From the NCBI GenBank assembly GCA_964106915.2, contig OZ066916.1: a stretch of 64,000 nt of DNA; one strand, 5' to 3'. Shown here one piece after another: positions 38,298 to 49,785 of this stretch. The notes beneath the pieces are model-generated. The model was not told where the DNA came from and did not search any database. It worked only from the letters and a program-made list of their open reading frames with translations. The DNA comes from Podarcis gaigeae. Lineage: Eukaryota. The number at the start of each line of letters is the position of its first letter. The stretch's first letter is position 1. The translations under genes were made by a program, and so were the position numbers.

Positions 38298-39110
38298 CCC
38301 TAATATAATTAATTTTTGTAAGTCTGTTTCAGTATTATATGCTTTTTGATGCACACATAATAGACACCCATTTTTGCTTAGGGAACTGCATCACAAAATT
38401 CAAGGAAGTGTGAATTTCCAAAGATTTTGGTTTGTGTATTTCAGGAAGCATGACGGTAGATTTAGAGGATAATGAGAACCAAGCTAAGTTTTTCCTCATC
38501 AGTATCAATAATCCCTATCAGATAATGTGTGTGTTTATCTATTGTAGAGATGGCTTTTCACATTAATAGCATGATTTGAGGAAAGTGTTTAATATTCTCT
38601 TAAATAGAGTGCTAAATAAGGCAACCTTTGCACTGTTAAAAAGAAAAAGATTTTTTTCCCATTCGGCAATGAATGTATTTGCAGATTAGATTTTGCTCCT
38701 GATGCAGAGAGGTGTATTAAATGTGTGTGTTTTTAAAAAAGTTGGCGGATTTTAAATGAAACCCAATGACATGAACCAGTTGTCTAAATTCTAATTAACT
38801 TTCAGCTGAGGCAAAGCACTGAAACATCACCAGTAGTTTTTGGATGGTATAAAGGAAGGAATTTAAAGCTAATCCCTTAGGGAAAAGCACAACATAAAGG
38901 TCAAACTACATATTACGTTAATTGCATGGCTAGTAGCCATGCCAGGGGATTTTTCCAATTTGACCCCCCCCCCCAGTTTCTTTGGGGGCACATAGAAAGG
39001 GGGAGACTTAACCCTTCGGTCCGCAGCTGTGATCCCAATAAAAATTGCCTTCCTGCCCAATATTCATCAGTTAGCCTTAGTTGGGGGGGTGGGTGGGAGG
39101 AAGCTTCCAA

Positions 39111-39333
39111 AGGTACCTCAGGTTAAGAACTTAATTTGTTCCGGAGGTCCGTTCTTAACCTGAAACTGTTCTTAAGCTGAAGCACCACTTTAGCTAATGG
39201 GGCCTCCCGCTGCTGCTGCGCCGCTGGAGCATGATTTCTGTTCTCATCCTGAAGCAAAGTTCTTAACCCAAGGTACTATTTCTGGGTTAGCGGAGTCTGT
39301 AACCTGAAGCGTATGTAACCCAAGGTACCACTG
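39111..39333. mobile_element. Tc1/mariner-type MITE (opposite orientation, one end slightly clipped)
   Basis: Reverse complement of 17977-18218; ends in ggtaccactg-TA. Confidence 0.83.
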
Positions 39334-39780
39334 TATCAGTATCTGTATCAGTATCAAACTTTATTCCGGTCACAGACCAGCATAAGAGAAAACAAACAGA
39401 TAAACTGAGCACATAAGACTTACAACAAGTAAGGAATCAAAGCTTGAAACCTTGCAAATGTTTAAAAAGCCGAGTGGTCCAGTTTGGCTCCTCTGCATCT
39501 CCAGATATAAATGAACACAGGCTGTTTTCAGAGTGTCTGGAAGGTCTATAATTATTACTCGACCTCTAGAACTACTTCTCAATAAAGAACACCAGCACCA
39601 TTTTTGAATGAGATGGTTTTGCCACACCTGTTCCACGTTCTTCCATGATGACTGCATGAAACTGTGCTCCACAAGGTCAGGCACAGGGATATAGCACTGT
39701 GATGTTGCCATTCTGAACAGTTGTATATTATTTGCTGCTGGCAGAATGCATGCGGTATTGTTGTTTTGCTAGCGTGACTC
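39334..39780 (-). mobile_element. Probable degraded non-LTR retrotransposon 3' end with (GATACT)n tail
   Basis: The minus strand ends ...tgctggtctgtgaccggaataaagttt(gatact/gataca)n. The clade cannot be assigned by eye and the 5' limit is approximate. Confidence 0.4.
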
Positions 39781-40019
39781 TGGATTACAGGGGGCAGAGA
39801 AATTCAATTTGGTTTGCATTAAAAGGCAAACCAGCATAATTTGCACTTTCTGAAACAATTTGCAAAGCTGTCCTTTGCACTTCTCAGAATTTTCGGGATG
39901 CACTTCTTCAACCAAGTAATGTGTACAAAAACGTACTTGTTAGGGGAAAGTGTGCAAAAAAAGTTCATGGGCGCTAGTAAGAATAACATAAAATGGATTA
40001 TATATGGGGAAATGGCTTT

Positions 40020-40383
40020 TGAAATATACTCGGAGTCGAGTGTGGATTTCATGCTCTTTATTCAGCTCATAGTAGTGAGGAATGAAAGTTCCCCCCAAAT
40101 ATCTGCTTTATATACATTATTTACACAATGGGCCGCATGTGATTGGCTAATTCTGGGATTCTCCTGTAGGCCAATCAGGTTGCGGATTCACTTCCACCTG
40201 GAGCTGGATTGGGTGGCTCCTGCGGACCAATCATACTGCTGCATTGTTCTAGCACCAATCAGACTGCTGCATTCTGGATCATATTGTTCTAGGACCACTT
40301 CAGACTTCTGCATTCTGAATCCTATTGTTCTAGGACCAATCAGACTGCTGCCTTTTGGATCCTATTCAACTCAGTACGTAACA
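40020..40383 (-). mobile_element. Solo LTR nested in the ~400 bp repeat
   Basis: Minus strand TGTTAC...TTTCA with a perfect 5-bp TSD gcttt (40015-40019 and 40384-40388). TATA near 40107-40115, AATAAA at 40057-40062, and tandem ~41-bp CCAAT-containing units. Confidence 0.88.
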
Positions 40384-42039
40384 GCTTTGCAAATGCAAAT
40401 TACATGCAAGTACCCTCCGAGTGCCAAAGGAGGCAGAGGCACTTGCTCAGTCTTATTGGTGTCAAAGGGGCTAGACTTAGTTGTCACTAACCTGTCCCAT
40501 GGATTTCAGTGGGACTTAAACATGGCAAACTTTTTGTGTTGAGGTTGTGGCTCATAGAAGCGTCCTATTTGAGCAGGGATACGCCATGCTGGCTGAGGAT
40601 GATGGAAGCTGGAGTACATAAACATCTAGAGGGCCCAAGTACATAGTCTCATATCAAGTACCCATGCTTCAGACTCAATCTGCATTGCAGGATTTTTTCT
40701 GCATCTCCATATGAATACATAGCTTGCAGTGGATTCTGGGTAACAGACTTGTTGGGTCTGTGTTACAGACACTGGGTGCAGGCACTTCCTTCTGGGAATC
40801 AAACAATATTTGCAGTGGTCAGTGTCTATTGGTGAAGCACCAAGTCAAGCCTTGAGCCAGAGCCTCCACCTGCTAATCCTCAGCACCTTATCTCAGGTGC
40901 CGCCAGTACTCTATGCCTTTGAGCATGTAGTTGGACTGGGCTGAGATCTTCTGGATGCTGCTAGACTATAATTCTCATCATCCCTAACCACTGGCTATGT
41001 TGGCTAGGGATGATGGAACTTGAAGTCTGTCTGGAAGGCCAAGTGTTCATCATGTCCTGTTCTAATGCAACAGAGAGGCACAAGGCACTAGGAATCTCAG
41101 CCTTCAAGGCTGGTTCAACAGTCTCAGTGTAACTTGTCACAATGGGCTCAACGATGATTGACTCTCTCATTTTGGTTCACTTCATTTTGTACCAGCCCTG
41201 CCCTGCTTCTATCCCATCCAGTCCCTGAGCTCCAGCCTCTGGCTGCTCCAGCTGCCTTTGGCTCATGTGCCCATCACCTTCCCGGTGTCAGACCTGGACT
41301 TCATGGCAGCCTGTGGCAAGCTGGGCAAGTGTGGAACATCCACGGAGGAGAAAAAGCAAGACAGAAAGGCTTTGGGTATCACCCTATGCCCATATCTGCA
41401 TCTCTTCCTTCAAATCACCCCTTTCTGCCTCTTTGTGAAAAGAAAAAAAAAGGGGGGGGGGAATCCCTGCAATGCCAAACTCGCTCCTCAATTGCAACTC
41501 CCACTCTTCTGCTGTTGCATAATGTTTTGACAATGTCTTGGCCCAGAACCAAGAATTTGGCAATTTAGAGGAATTAGCAAAATGCTAATTTGGGCCTTTT
41601 GCTGGCGGTGCACATCCCCCCTCCCGACACACAGACACATCCAGCTGGAGCGATAAGGCTATTTGCAAATAGTATCGAATCCAAGACCGAAAGAGGCACC
41701 TGTCACCAGTCGCAAATTGAGAATGAGGGGCTGGCGCTCGAGGAATTGAGGGGAGATTTCCTTACACAAGAGGATCTGATACTGTATATGGACAGCAAGT
41801 GAAGAGCAACTGGTGTTAAGAGTTTTAAAATAAGAGCAGGGCACATGCTGAGAGAGAGGAGTGTGCCTGTTTTGAGCAACTGTTTCCGACAAGGTGGGGA
41901 TGGAAGCTGACTGGATTCCTTGTGTACTTCTATTTCAGTCATTCGGAACAATGGGCTAGCAGCAAATGCTTAGATGAATAGACCCATGTCCCTTGGATTA
42001 GGATAGTGCCACTGTGGTTGCAAACCATGGGGTTGGGGA

Positions 42040-42282
42040 TGATGATGAAGAAGAAGAGTTTGGATTTGGTATCCCACTTTATCACTACCTGAAGGAGTCT
42101 CAAAGCGGCTAACATTATCCTTTCCCTTCCTCCCCCACAACAAACACTCTGTGAGGTGAGTGGGGCTGAGAGACTTCTGAGAAGTGTGACTAGCCCACAG
42201 CAGCTGCATGTGGAGGAGCGGGGAAGTGAACCTGATTCACCAGATTACGAGTCTACTGCTCTTAACCACTACAGCACACTGG
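42040..42282 (-). mobile_element. Squam3-like SINE
   Basis: Reverse complement of 1536-1785. Confidence 0.8.
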
Positions 42283-44406
42283 GATGGATGTACCTCACAG
42301 CAAGAAAGAAAAAAGATGCGAGAACCACATGTGATTTATTGCCAAGCTAATTCCAAACACTTTTGGAATGTTCAGAGGGAAATAAACAATTAAAATATGA
42401 TATTTCTTGTGTCCTGAGATCTACTGATGAGGTCTGTATGCCTTCACTAGTAGAGGCACAGACAGAAAGCCGTGAGATACAGGTCAGAGGTTCTCAAGTC
42501 ATAGTCTATGGGTGACTAGCATTCTGTGGATATTCAGGTGGCCCACAGAACAGTTGTGAAACAGTCAAGACTATCTGTATTTGGTCCTCCACTTGATTGC
42601 CCCCACACCTGGACAATGGCCAGGGGGACTTTTCAGCCAAAATGGAATTTTTCAATCTGCTTTAAGAGATCTCAGTGAACAGGCAGGCATATATGGAAGA
42701 AGGTGTTATAATAATAAATAAATTAGATGCAGCATTCCACAGAACACTGTTGAAAGCTAGTGGCCCGGTGGTGTCCAAAATAATGAAGGCAGCATCTAAG
42801 CATACCCAAGCACTAGTACAAATGGAAACTATGCTGGGGAGTAAGGAGGACATGGAGAAGACCTCTCAGAGAAGTACCCCTGGGCCAATGGTAGTCAATG
42901 TGGTGCCCTCTGGATGTTGTGAACTACAACTTCAATCATCTCTGAACATTGCCCATGCTGCCTGGGGCTGATCTGAATTATAGTACACAGTATCTGAAGA
43001 GAATTCTCTTGTCTACCCCTGCCAGGAACCATGGAAAGGGGGAAAGTGAACACCTCCAGTTTATGATTGTAGAAAAGTTGTGAACTTGAGAACATGACTT
43101 TAGAGAAGGCAAACTGTCCAACAAACTTTCTATCCTAAGCTTGCATCATCTCTGTCTCATCCGGTCTCTCTCTCTCTTGTATAAATTAATAAACTGAGCA
43201 TTCCCATGATAACATATAATGTCAAATGAATAATGAATGGAGAGGTGAAGGTCTCTCCTCACCCCACTCCTTGTTCCTGCCTCACTGAGAACTTCAACAA
43301 GGAATTTGAGGTCAACAGCTGGGGTAAGTTGCCATCACTTCTTTAAAAGCTGGGACAATTTGTAAGGCGTACTAAAGTGAGAATATTTCATAGGCCACCC
43401 GAAGAACTGAGAAGAATTTTCCCAGCAAGCTGGATGGATGGCAGCCCCTCTGATCATAATCCAGCGCAAACTGTACCAAGAAAAAAAACCAAAACAAAAA
43501 AACAACAGTGTTACAGAGAAGGATTTAGTGACACCCAAACTTCTTCACAAACAATGGGCAAGCACCACACAGTTCTCATGTGTATTAGTGTTGCTTCTGT
43601 GTTCAACTACACTGTGGAAATCTCTATCTAAATTGATAATAACCTTCACAGTCATAAAAAGCTGCCTTGCTCTGCACAGTTCTGGCAGCTGTTGACAATG
43701 TTACACTTGCCTCAGCTAATTGAGAAAACAGAAACTGCGTGCCAGGAGGGGGGGGGGGAGAGAAAGAGAGGGGGGAACACCTCTAAGTGAGCTGTAGGAC
43801 ATTTGCAAGCCTTTCTTAAATAAGGAACCCCTTGCTATCTAGACTGATAACAACTCTCACAGCTGAAAAAGTGCAAATGGCAAAAGTGCCATTTACTTAT
43901 GGCATTCAGAGCCAAGTATGTATGGATACAAGAGATACCCTAGCCTAGCCCATTCTCTCATCTACTTACCGGTCAATGATAGTGGGTAGTAAGATATTTT
44001 AACTGCAGCATATGATGTTTCCTGCAGGAAATAGTTACGGCAGTGCTATAATTAACTAAAGGTCTTCACCCTCATCGTGAGCAGTTTTGACAATTTAAGT
44101 TGCTCTCCCGACTTTCTCCCAGTGAATATATCCTGAAAAGATTTCCTTTCTTTATTTCTCATGGTAGCAAACCTAGCTTTGCAAATGAGTGTTAATTGGA
44201 CCAAAGCTAGATTTCCATGCAAGTTTGGCACCCCAGTAGTGATTGCTTTGCTGTTCACTTAATCAAATTGGTTTCATTGCATGAAAAAACAACTCACAGA
44301 AGGAGTGGATGCACATGTTAGTTGTCATTTCACCCATTCAGCCTATTGCTTTTCTGTTCTATACCCATAACATAACAATTCTTTTGTTTTACTTGCTACC
44401 TTTTTC

Positions 44407-45101
44407 ACAGAATCACTGAATCGTAGAATCATAAAGTTGAAAGGGACACCAAAGTTCATAAGGTGCAACCCCCTGCAATGTAGGAATCTTGGCTAGAGCA
44501 TCCATGACAGATGGCCATCCAACCTCTGCTTAAAAGCCTCCAAGGAAGGACAGTCCACTACCTCCTGAGGGAAACTGTTCCACTGTGGAACAACTCTTAC
44601 TGTCAGAAAGTTTTCCCCTGATGTTTAGTCAGAATCTCCTTTCTTGTAACTTGAAGCCATTGGTTTGAGTCCTATCCTCCAGAGCAGGAGAAAACAAGCT
44701 TGTTCCCTTTTCCTGTGACAGCCTTTGGGATATCTCCTCCCAGTCTCCTCTTTCCCAGGCTAAACATACCCAGTTCCAGTGCTTTTTTTCTAAAAAGAAA
44801 AAGAAAATGTTAGGGGTACTCATTTTGACTCAAGAAAATCACCATTAGGAAAAATAAATACAATAAATGCACAAAAGTGCAAAAATTCACAAAATATTTT
44901 GGGGTATATGTCCCCCTGCCCAGCTCCCTCAACCACTCCTCATAAGGCTTGGTTTCCAGACCCTTGATCATCTTGGTTGCCTTCCTCTGCACACATTCCA
45001 CTTGTCAACACCCTTCTTAAATTGTGGTCCCAGAATTGGACACAGTATTCCAGGTGTGGTTTGACCAAGGCAGAATAGAGTCGTATTAATACTTCCCTTG
45101 A
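44407..45101 (-). mobile_element. CR1 LINE 3' fragment interrupted by a hAT MITE
   Basis: Minus frames read [27 protein letters not shown] and TNGFKLQERRF. Homologous to 7913-8336. Confidence 0.88.
44777..44918. mobile_element. hAT-like MITE
   Basis: Starts cagtgctttttt. 8-bp TSD cccagttc/cccagctc (44769-44776 and 44919-44926); removing the insert restores continuous CR1 sequence. Confidence 0.78.
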
Positions 45102-45157
45102 TACTTTATCCCAGCTGCCTTTGCAAGATACTCAGGGTGGCATGGATAGAGTTTTGT

Positions 45158-45338
45158 ACATAGGAAGCTGCCTTATACAGAGTCAGCCCATTGGTCCATG
45201 TGGCTTAGTATCATCTACACTGACATGCAGCTGCCCTCCAGGGTTTCAAAGAGGGACTATTTCCATCCCTACCTGGAGGTGCTGGTGGTTAAATCCAGGA
45301 CCTTCTGCATGCAAAGCAGATGTTCTACCACCGAGCTT
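45158..45338 (-). mobile_element. tRNA-headed SINE with a CR1-like 3' end
   Basis: Minus strand reads agctcggtggtagaacatctgctttgcatgcagaaggtcctggatttaa...tataaggcagcttcctatgt. A forward copy lies at 46695-46888. Confidence 0.65.
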
Positions 45339-45635
45339 TCACAATAGGCTTGTGAGCTGTGTGAGACTGGGAGGAAATGACAGGCCCAAAGCCATTCTGT
45401 AAATTCTGTAGCTGAGCAAGAATTTGAACCTGGGGTTCCTGAGCGCACATCTGAAATTTGAACGACTACATCACTCTGGCTCTTAGTCTAGACCAGAGAT
45501 AGAGAATGGGATAGCCTCCAGAGGTTGTTGAACTCCTATGAACCCCATACTACACGGCCAATGTTTAGGGATGATGGGAGTTCGAGACCAACAACCTCCT
45601 GAGAGCACCATCTTGGCTAACTCAGGGTCAGATAA

Positions 45636-45773
45636 CATACTGTCCAACATTTCTCCAATGAACATAGGGATGTCCTAAGAAAAAGCGGGACATTCCAGGG
45701 TCAAATCAGAAACTGGGATGGCTTCTGTAAATCTGGGGCTGTCCCTGGAAAATGGGGACATTTGGAGGGTTTG
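45636..45773. mobile_element. Short MITE (catactgtccaa...ttggagggtttg), the form without an L2 insert
   Basis: TIR-like ends; the body matches 56191-56309. Confidence 0.65.
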
Positions 45774-46694
45774 TTGTCGATAGCAATTGTGGGACCAATG
45801 CAATCTCTAATCCTTGTAAGGTTCAAAGAAAGATGCCGTCATTTTTAAGCTGGGAAGTGAACATGGAATTCCTAAGAAACCCGCATTTAAGTCTGCACTG
45901 AGTGTAGCAGCTACAGTTGTAGGCAAAACGTAACAAATGTACAGTCATCTTGTCTTAATGAAGCCCAAACACATCTGCAAAGTCTTTGGGAAAAGACACC
46001 TTTTTTGGAGGGGGAAAAATGCTGCTTTTCTAAGAAACCAGCGTGTGATGCATTAACAGACTGTGGGAACTAAAATGCCTTGAAGGTGAAAAAGTGTTCT
46101 GAGCAAGTGTTTTCACAGATAAGTCTTTAATTAAAGCAGTGTGTCAGGGTCTCTGTGAGAATGAAGCATAGGCTGTGCATTCAGCACTCAGCTTCTACAT
46201 TTGTTAGCCAATACTGTCAGCTAATTTAGATGAAGCATGCTTTCACAACATTGGACTATTATTTATTTCTCTTCGTTTTATTTATTTCTGAAATGCATAA
46301 CCTGTCATGTGGCCCAGGCAGGCCCTCAAATATATTTATTTAAGGTTCTATCCAACATTAAAGTAAACCCTTTTTTAAAAAAAAGAAAGAAAAAAGGACA
46401 TGACTTCCCTAGGTCCTGAGCAGAACTTAGTTGGATACAATCCCTAGGATATTTTAGAACTTCCCTTCTCTCCAAAAAACCACCAGCGTGACTGACCTTC
46501 AATGGTTTCCATCAAGAGTTGAAATATGGAAACAACATTTCAACTTTTCTTCTCATTAAATGTTAAGGACCTCATCTGTGCAGGGACTGGAGTGAAAAGC
46601 AAACGAGCCATTGAACTGAGGTAAAACAAGCAGCAACATTTAATCCAAAATGAGGCCTGATCCAAAATTAGTGATGTGGGTCAGCATGATGGGG

Positions 46695-46888
46695 AACAGC
46701 CAGCTGTGGAGCATATGCTTCAAATGCAGAAAGTCCCAGGTTTAATCCCTGGTCTCTTCAGGTAGGGTGAAGAAGAGAGATCCTTCACCATGGTCTAAAA
46801 CCATGGTGAGCTGCTACCAACCAGTGTAGACAGTACTGAGCTAGATATACCAATGGCCTAACTCAGTATATGGCAGCTTCATTTGTCC
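46695..46888 (+). mobile_element. tRNA-headed SINE with a CR1-like 3' end
   Basis: Homolog of 45158-45338. Confidence 0.65.
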
Positions 46889-46896
46889 CATATCAA

Positions 46897-47530
46897 CAGA
46901 CTCTCCAAGTGTTCCTATTTTCCAGTGACAGACCAGGATTTACAGAAGCTGTCCTGGTTTCTCATTTGATCCTGGGATGTCCCAGTTTTCCTCACAATGC
47001 CCCAGTTTCCATCAGAGAAATATTGAAGGGTATGGTAAGGTGTCCCCAGTGCTATTTTCCTGGGGGGATATAGGGGTATGCATACCCCTAAACATTTTGT
47101 GAATCTAACGGGAGAAGAAACTAAAAATGTTTAAAAAATTAGTTTCTTCTCCAGCACGGTGAACCATCAGTTCCATTGCTACCCCTGATGGCAGCCTCAT
47201 TTCCTGTCATGGTGTTTCCCGAGTCTCAGACGGAATGAGAGTACCCTTAAACATTTTTTTAAAAGAAAAAAAGCACTGGGTGTCTCTATTTTCATTGGAG
47301 AAATGTTGGAAGGTATGGAGTTGTCTAACCCCCAAGCGATCTGAAGGCAGCCCTGTATAGGGAAGTTTTTAACTGTTTTATGTTTCATTATGTTTTTATT
47401 TAAGTCAGAAGCTGCCTAGAGTGACTGGGGCAACTCTGTCAGATGGGCAGGGTATAAATAATAGAATTATTTTTATTATTACTATGGAATGGGATTTCTC
47501 TTTTTCATCAGAGAAATGTTGGAGGGTATG
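46897..47530. mobile_element. Composite MITE containing an L2 3' tail, with a secondary hAT MITE insertion
   Basis: Ends cagactctccaa / ttggagggtatg. Three ~37-bp subrepeats (ttcatcagagaaatgttggagggtatg). L2 tail at about 47339-47482. Confidence 0.7.
47047..47278. mobile_element. hAT-like MITE
   Basis: TIRs cagtgctatttt...aaaaaagcactg with an 8-bp TSD ggtgtccc/ggtgtctc. Related to 44777-44918. Confidence 0.8.
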
Positions 47531-47692
47531 TATTAAAGAGTGTGGGGCTTAAAGAAGTGAGGCCTTTCTAAGCAGCAATCTACAGGTGACACTGAAGTTG
47601 AAATCCTAAAGTGTATGTGAGGGGGACAAACTATGAAGGTGGTTTTACCACCTTGAGCCAGTAGGGTGGAAGTGAGGATAGTTCTTGCATTA

Positions 47693-48010
47693 GGTAAAGG
47701 ACCCCTGACGGTTAAGTCCAGTCATGGAGGACTCTGGGGTTGTCCGCAGACAGTTTTTCCGGGTCATGTGGCCAGCATGACTAAGCTGCTTCTGGCAAAG
47801 CCAGAGCAGCGCACAGAAGCGCCGTTTACCTTCCTGCTGGAGTGGTACCTATTTATCTACTTGCACTATGACGTGCTTTCAAACTGCTAGGTTGGCAGGA
47901 GCTGGGATTGAGAAATGGGAGCTCACCCTGTCACAGTGATTTGAACCGCCGACCTTCTAATCGGCAAGCCCTAGGCTCAGTGGTTTAGACCACAGCGCCA
48001 CCCACGTCCC
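47693..48010 (-). mobile_element. Sauria SINE with internal deletion
   Basis: 15-bp TSD atagttcttgcatta at 47678-47692 and 48013-48027. Confidence 0.92.
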
Positions 48011-48866
48011 TAATAGTTCTTGCATTATCCCATTCATTTTCTTGGAAAACTTTTTTCAAAAATGTTGTGTGCCCCTCCCCCCCATTAGAAACAATATTTT
48101 CCCTCTCATTGGGCTCCCCAGGCTAATGTACTTTGAAAAGCCTTGTTTGGGCAATTGGCTAGCATGAGGAATGAGATCAGGCATTAGGGAATGATAACAT
48201 CTTTAATTAGAAGCCAGTGACAATACTGGATAGGCTACGATACAGCCGGCTTCAGGGTTATCACAAAGAATCAGTACCAAATGTGGATGCTATGAACAAA
48301 ACAAGATTTACTCTGTGGAAAGTTAAGGCTAAGAAATGATCAATCTGTGCCTTTGGCAAAACTTGTACAAAATACAAATTATTTAACAGTAATGAACTTC
48401 CTGCCAGTTGTAATTCACAGCAATGAGGGGAAGCGATAAAGAAAAAGGAGATTAAATCATAAAGATAAATCCAACTTTTAGGATGGGGGAAAAAACTCCC
48501 CTATATTTGCCCTACTAATAGCCAAGAATGGTGACAGAAATATATTTTAGGTAACTGTCATAGGCTTAAGAAGAATGAAGTGATTTGGCTGTATGGTTCA
48601 ATGGGTGGAGACACGTCCCTGGTTTTCTGCTGTCAGTGAAATTAAAAAGACATGAAGGTTTGTATAGATAAAAAGTGGAGGAGAGGAGAGATAATGGTTC
48701 CAAACCGCCTCCGATAAGAGCGTGATGACAGAAATGCAAGGAGGCTCTAATGGCTGAAAGTAGAGTGAAGTAAGACAGGGAAGCAGCTCTGACTCCAGAG
48801 CTTAGTTACTTCATGAGAAAAATCTTGATAGAGGTCAAGTATTTCAGCCAGGAGGGAAAAGAAGTA

Positions 48867-49092
48867 CAGTGGTACCTCGGGTTACAGACGCTTCAGGTTA
48901 CAGTCTCCGCTATCCCAGAAATAGTACCTCGGGTTAAGAACTTTACCTCAGGATGAGAACAGAAATCGTGCAGCAGTGGCGTAGCGGAGGTGGGAGGCCC
49001 CATTAGCTAAAGTGGTACCTCAGTTTAAGAACAGTTTCAGGTTAAGAACAGACCTCCAGAATGAATTAAGTTCTTAACCTGATGTACTACTG
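48867..49092. mobile_element. Tc1/mariner-type MITE
   Basis: TA-cagtggtacctcggg...gtactactg-TA. Confidence 0.85.
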
Positions 49093-49420
49093 TATGCTGC
49101 ACACAGATCTCAGTGGCGGACCCTGGGGTCTCAAATTTCAGTGGCGCCCTAGTCAGCGCCAAAATGGCACCCCTCTGCCTCTGACGCTGCATTCAAATTC
49201 ATAGTTGTGGCACCCTTGGAGGCGGCCCCAAGGCTCCATATCCAGTGTAGCTTAACTGCCCTAAACCCAGATCTATATAGGGCAAAGGTGGGGAACTTCA
49301 GGCTCTGGTCCTCCTATTCAGTGTTAGAAACTGAGACATGAAAGCTAGGAGATAAATGGCACCTTAACCTAGGTTATGGGCACAGCAACAGAATTCTAGG
49401 TGCACTATTTATTTATTTTT

Positions 49421-49785
49421 AAGGTAAAGGTAAAGGGACCCCGGACTGCTAAGTCCAGTCATGGACGACTCTGGACTTGTGATGCTCATCTCGCTTTACT
49501 GGCCAAGGGAGCCGGTGTTTATCCGCAGACAGCTTCTGGGTCATGTAGCCAGCATGACTAAGCCACTTCTGTTGAACCAGAGCAGCGCATGGAAACACGG
49601 TTTACCTTCCCGCTGGAGTGGTACCTATTTATCTACTTGCACTTTTTGGCGTTCTTTTGAACTGCTAGGTTGGCAGGAGCAGGGACTGAACAATGGGATC
49701 TCACCCCATCGCGGAGATTTGAACCACCGACCTTCTGATCGGCAAGCCCTAGGCTCTGTGGTTTAGACCACAGTGCCACCCATGT
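49421..49785 (-). mobile_element. Sauria SINE
   Basis: Reversed (ggtaaa)n tail and a full body. Confidence 0.9.

Noticed and set aside
39841-40542. Longest ORF in the track (233 aa)
   Set aside because: It runs across a repeat and a solo LTR on the antisense strand, its repeated PIRLL motifs come from the CCAAT tandem units, and it starts at TTG. It is not a gene.
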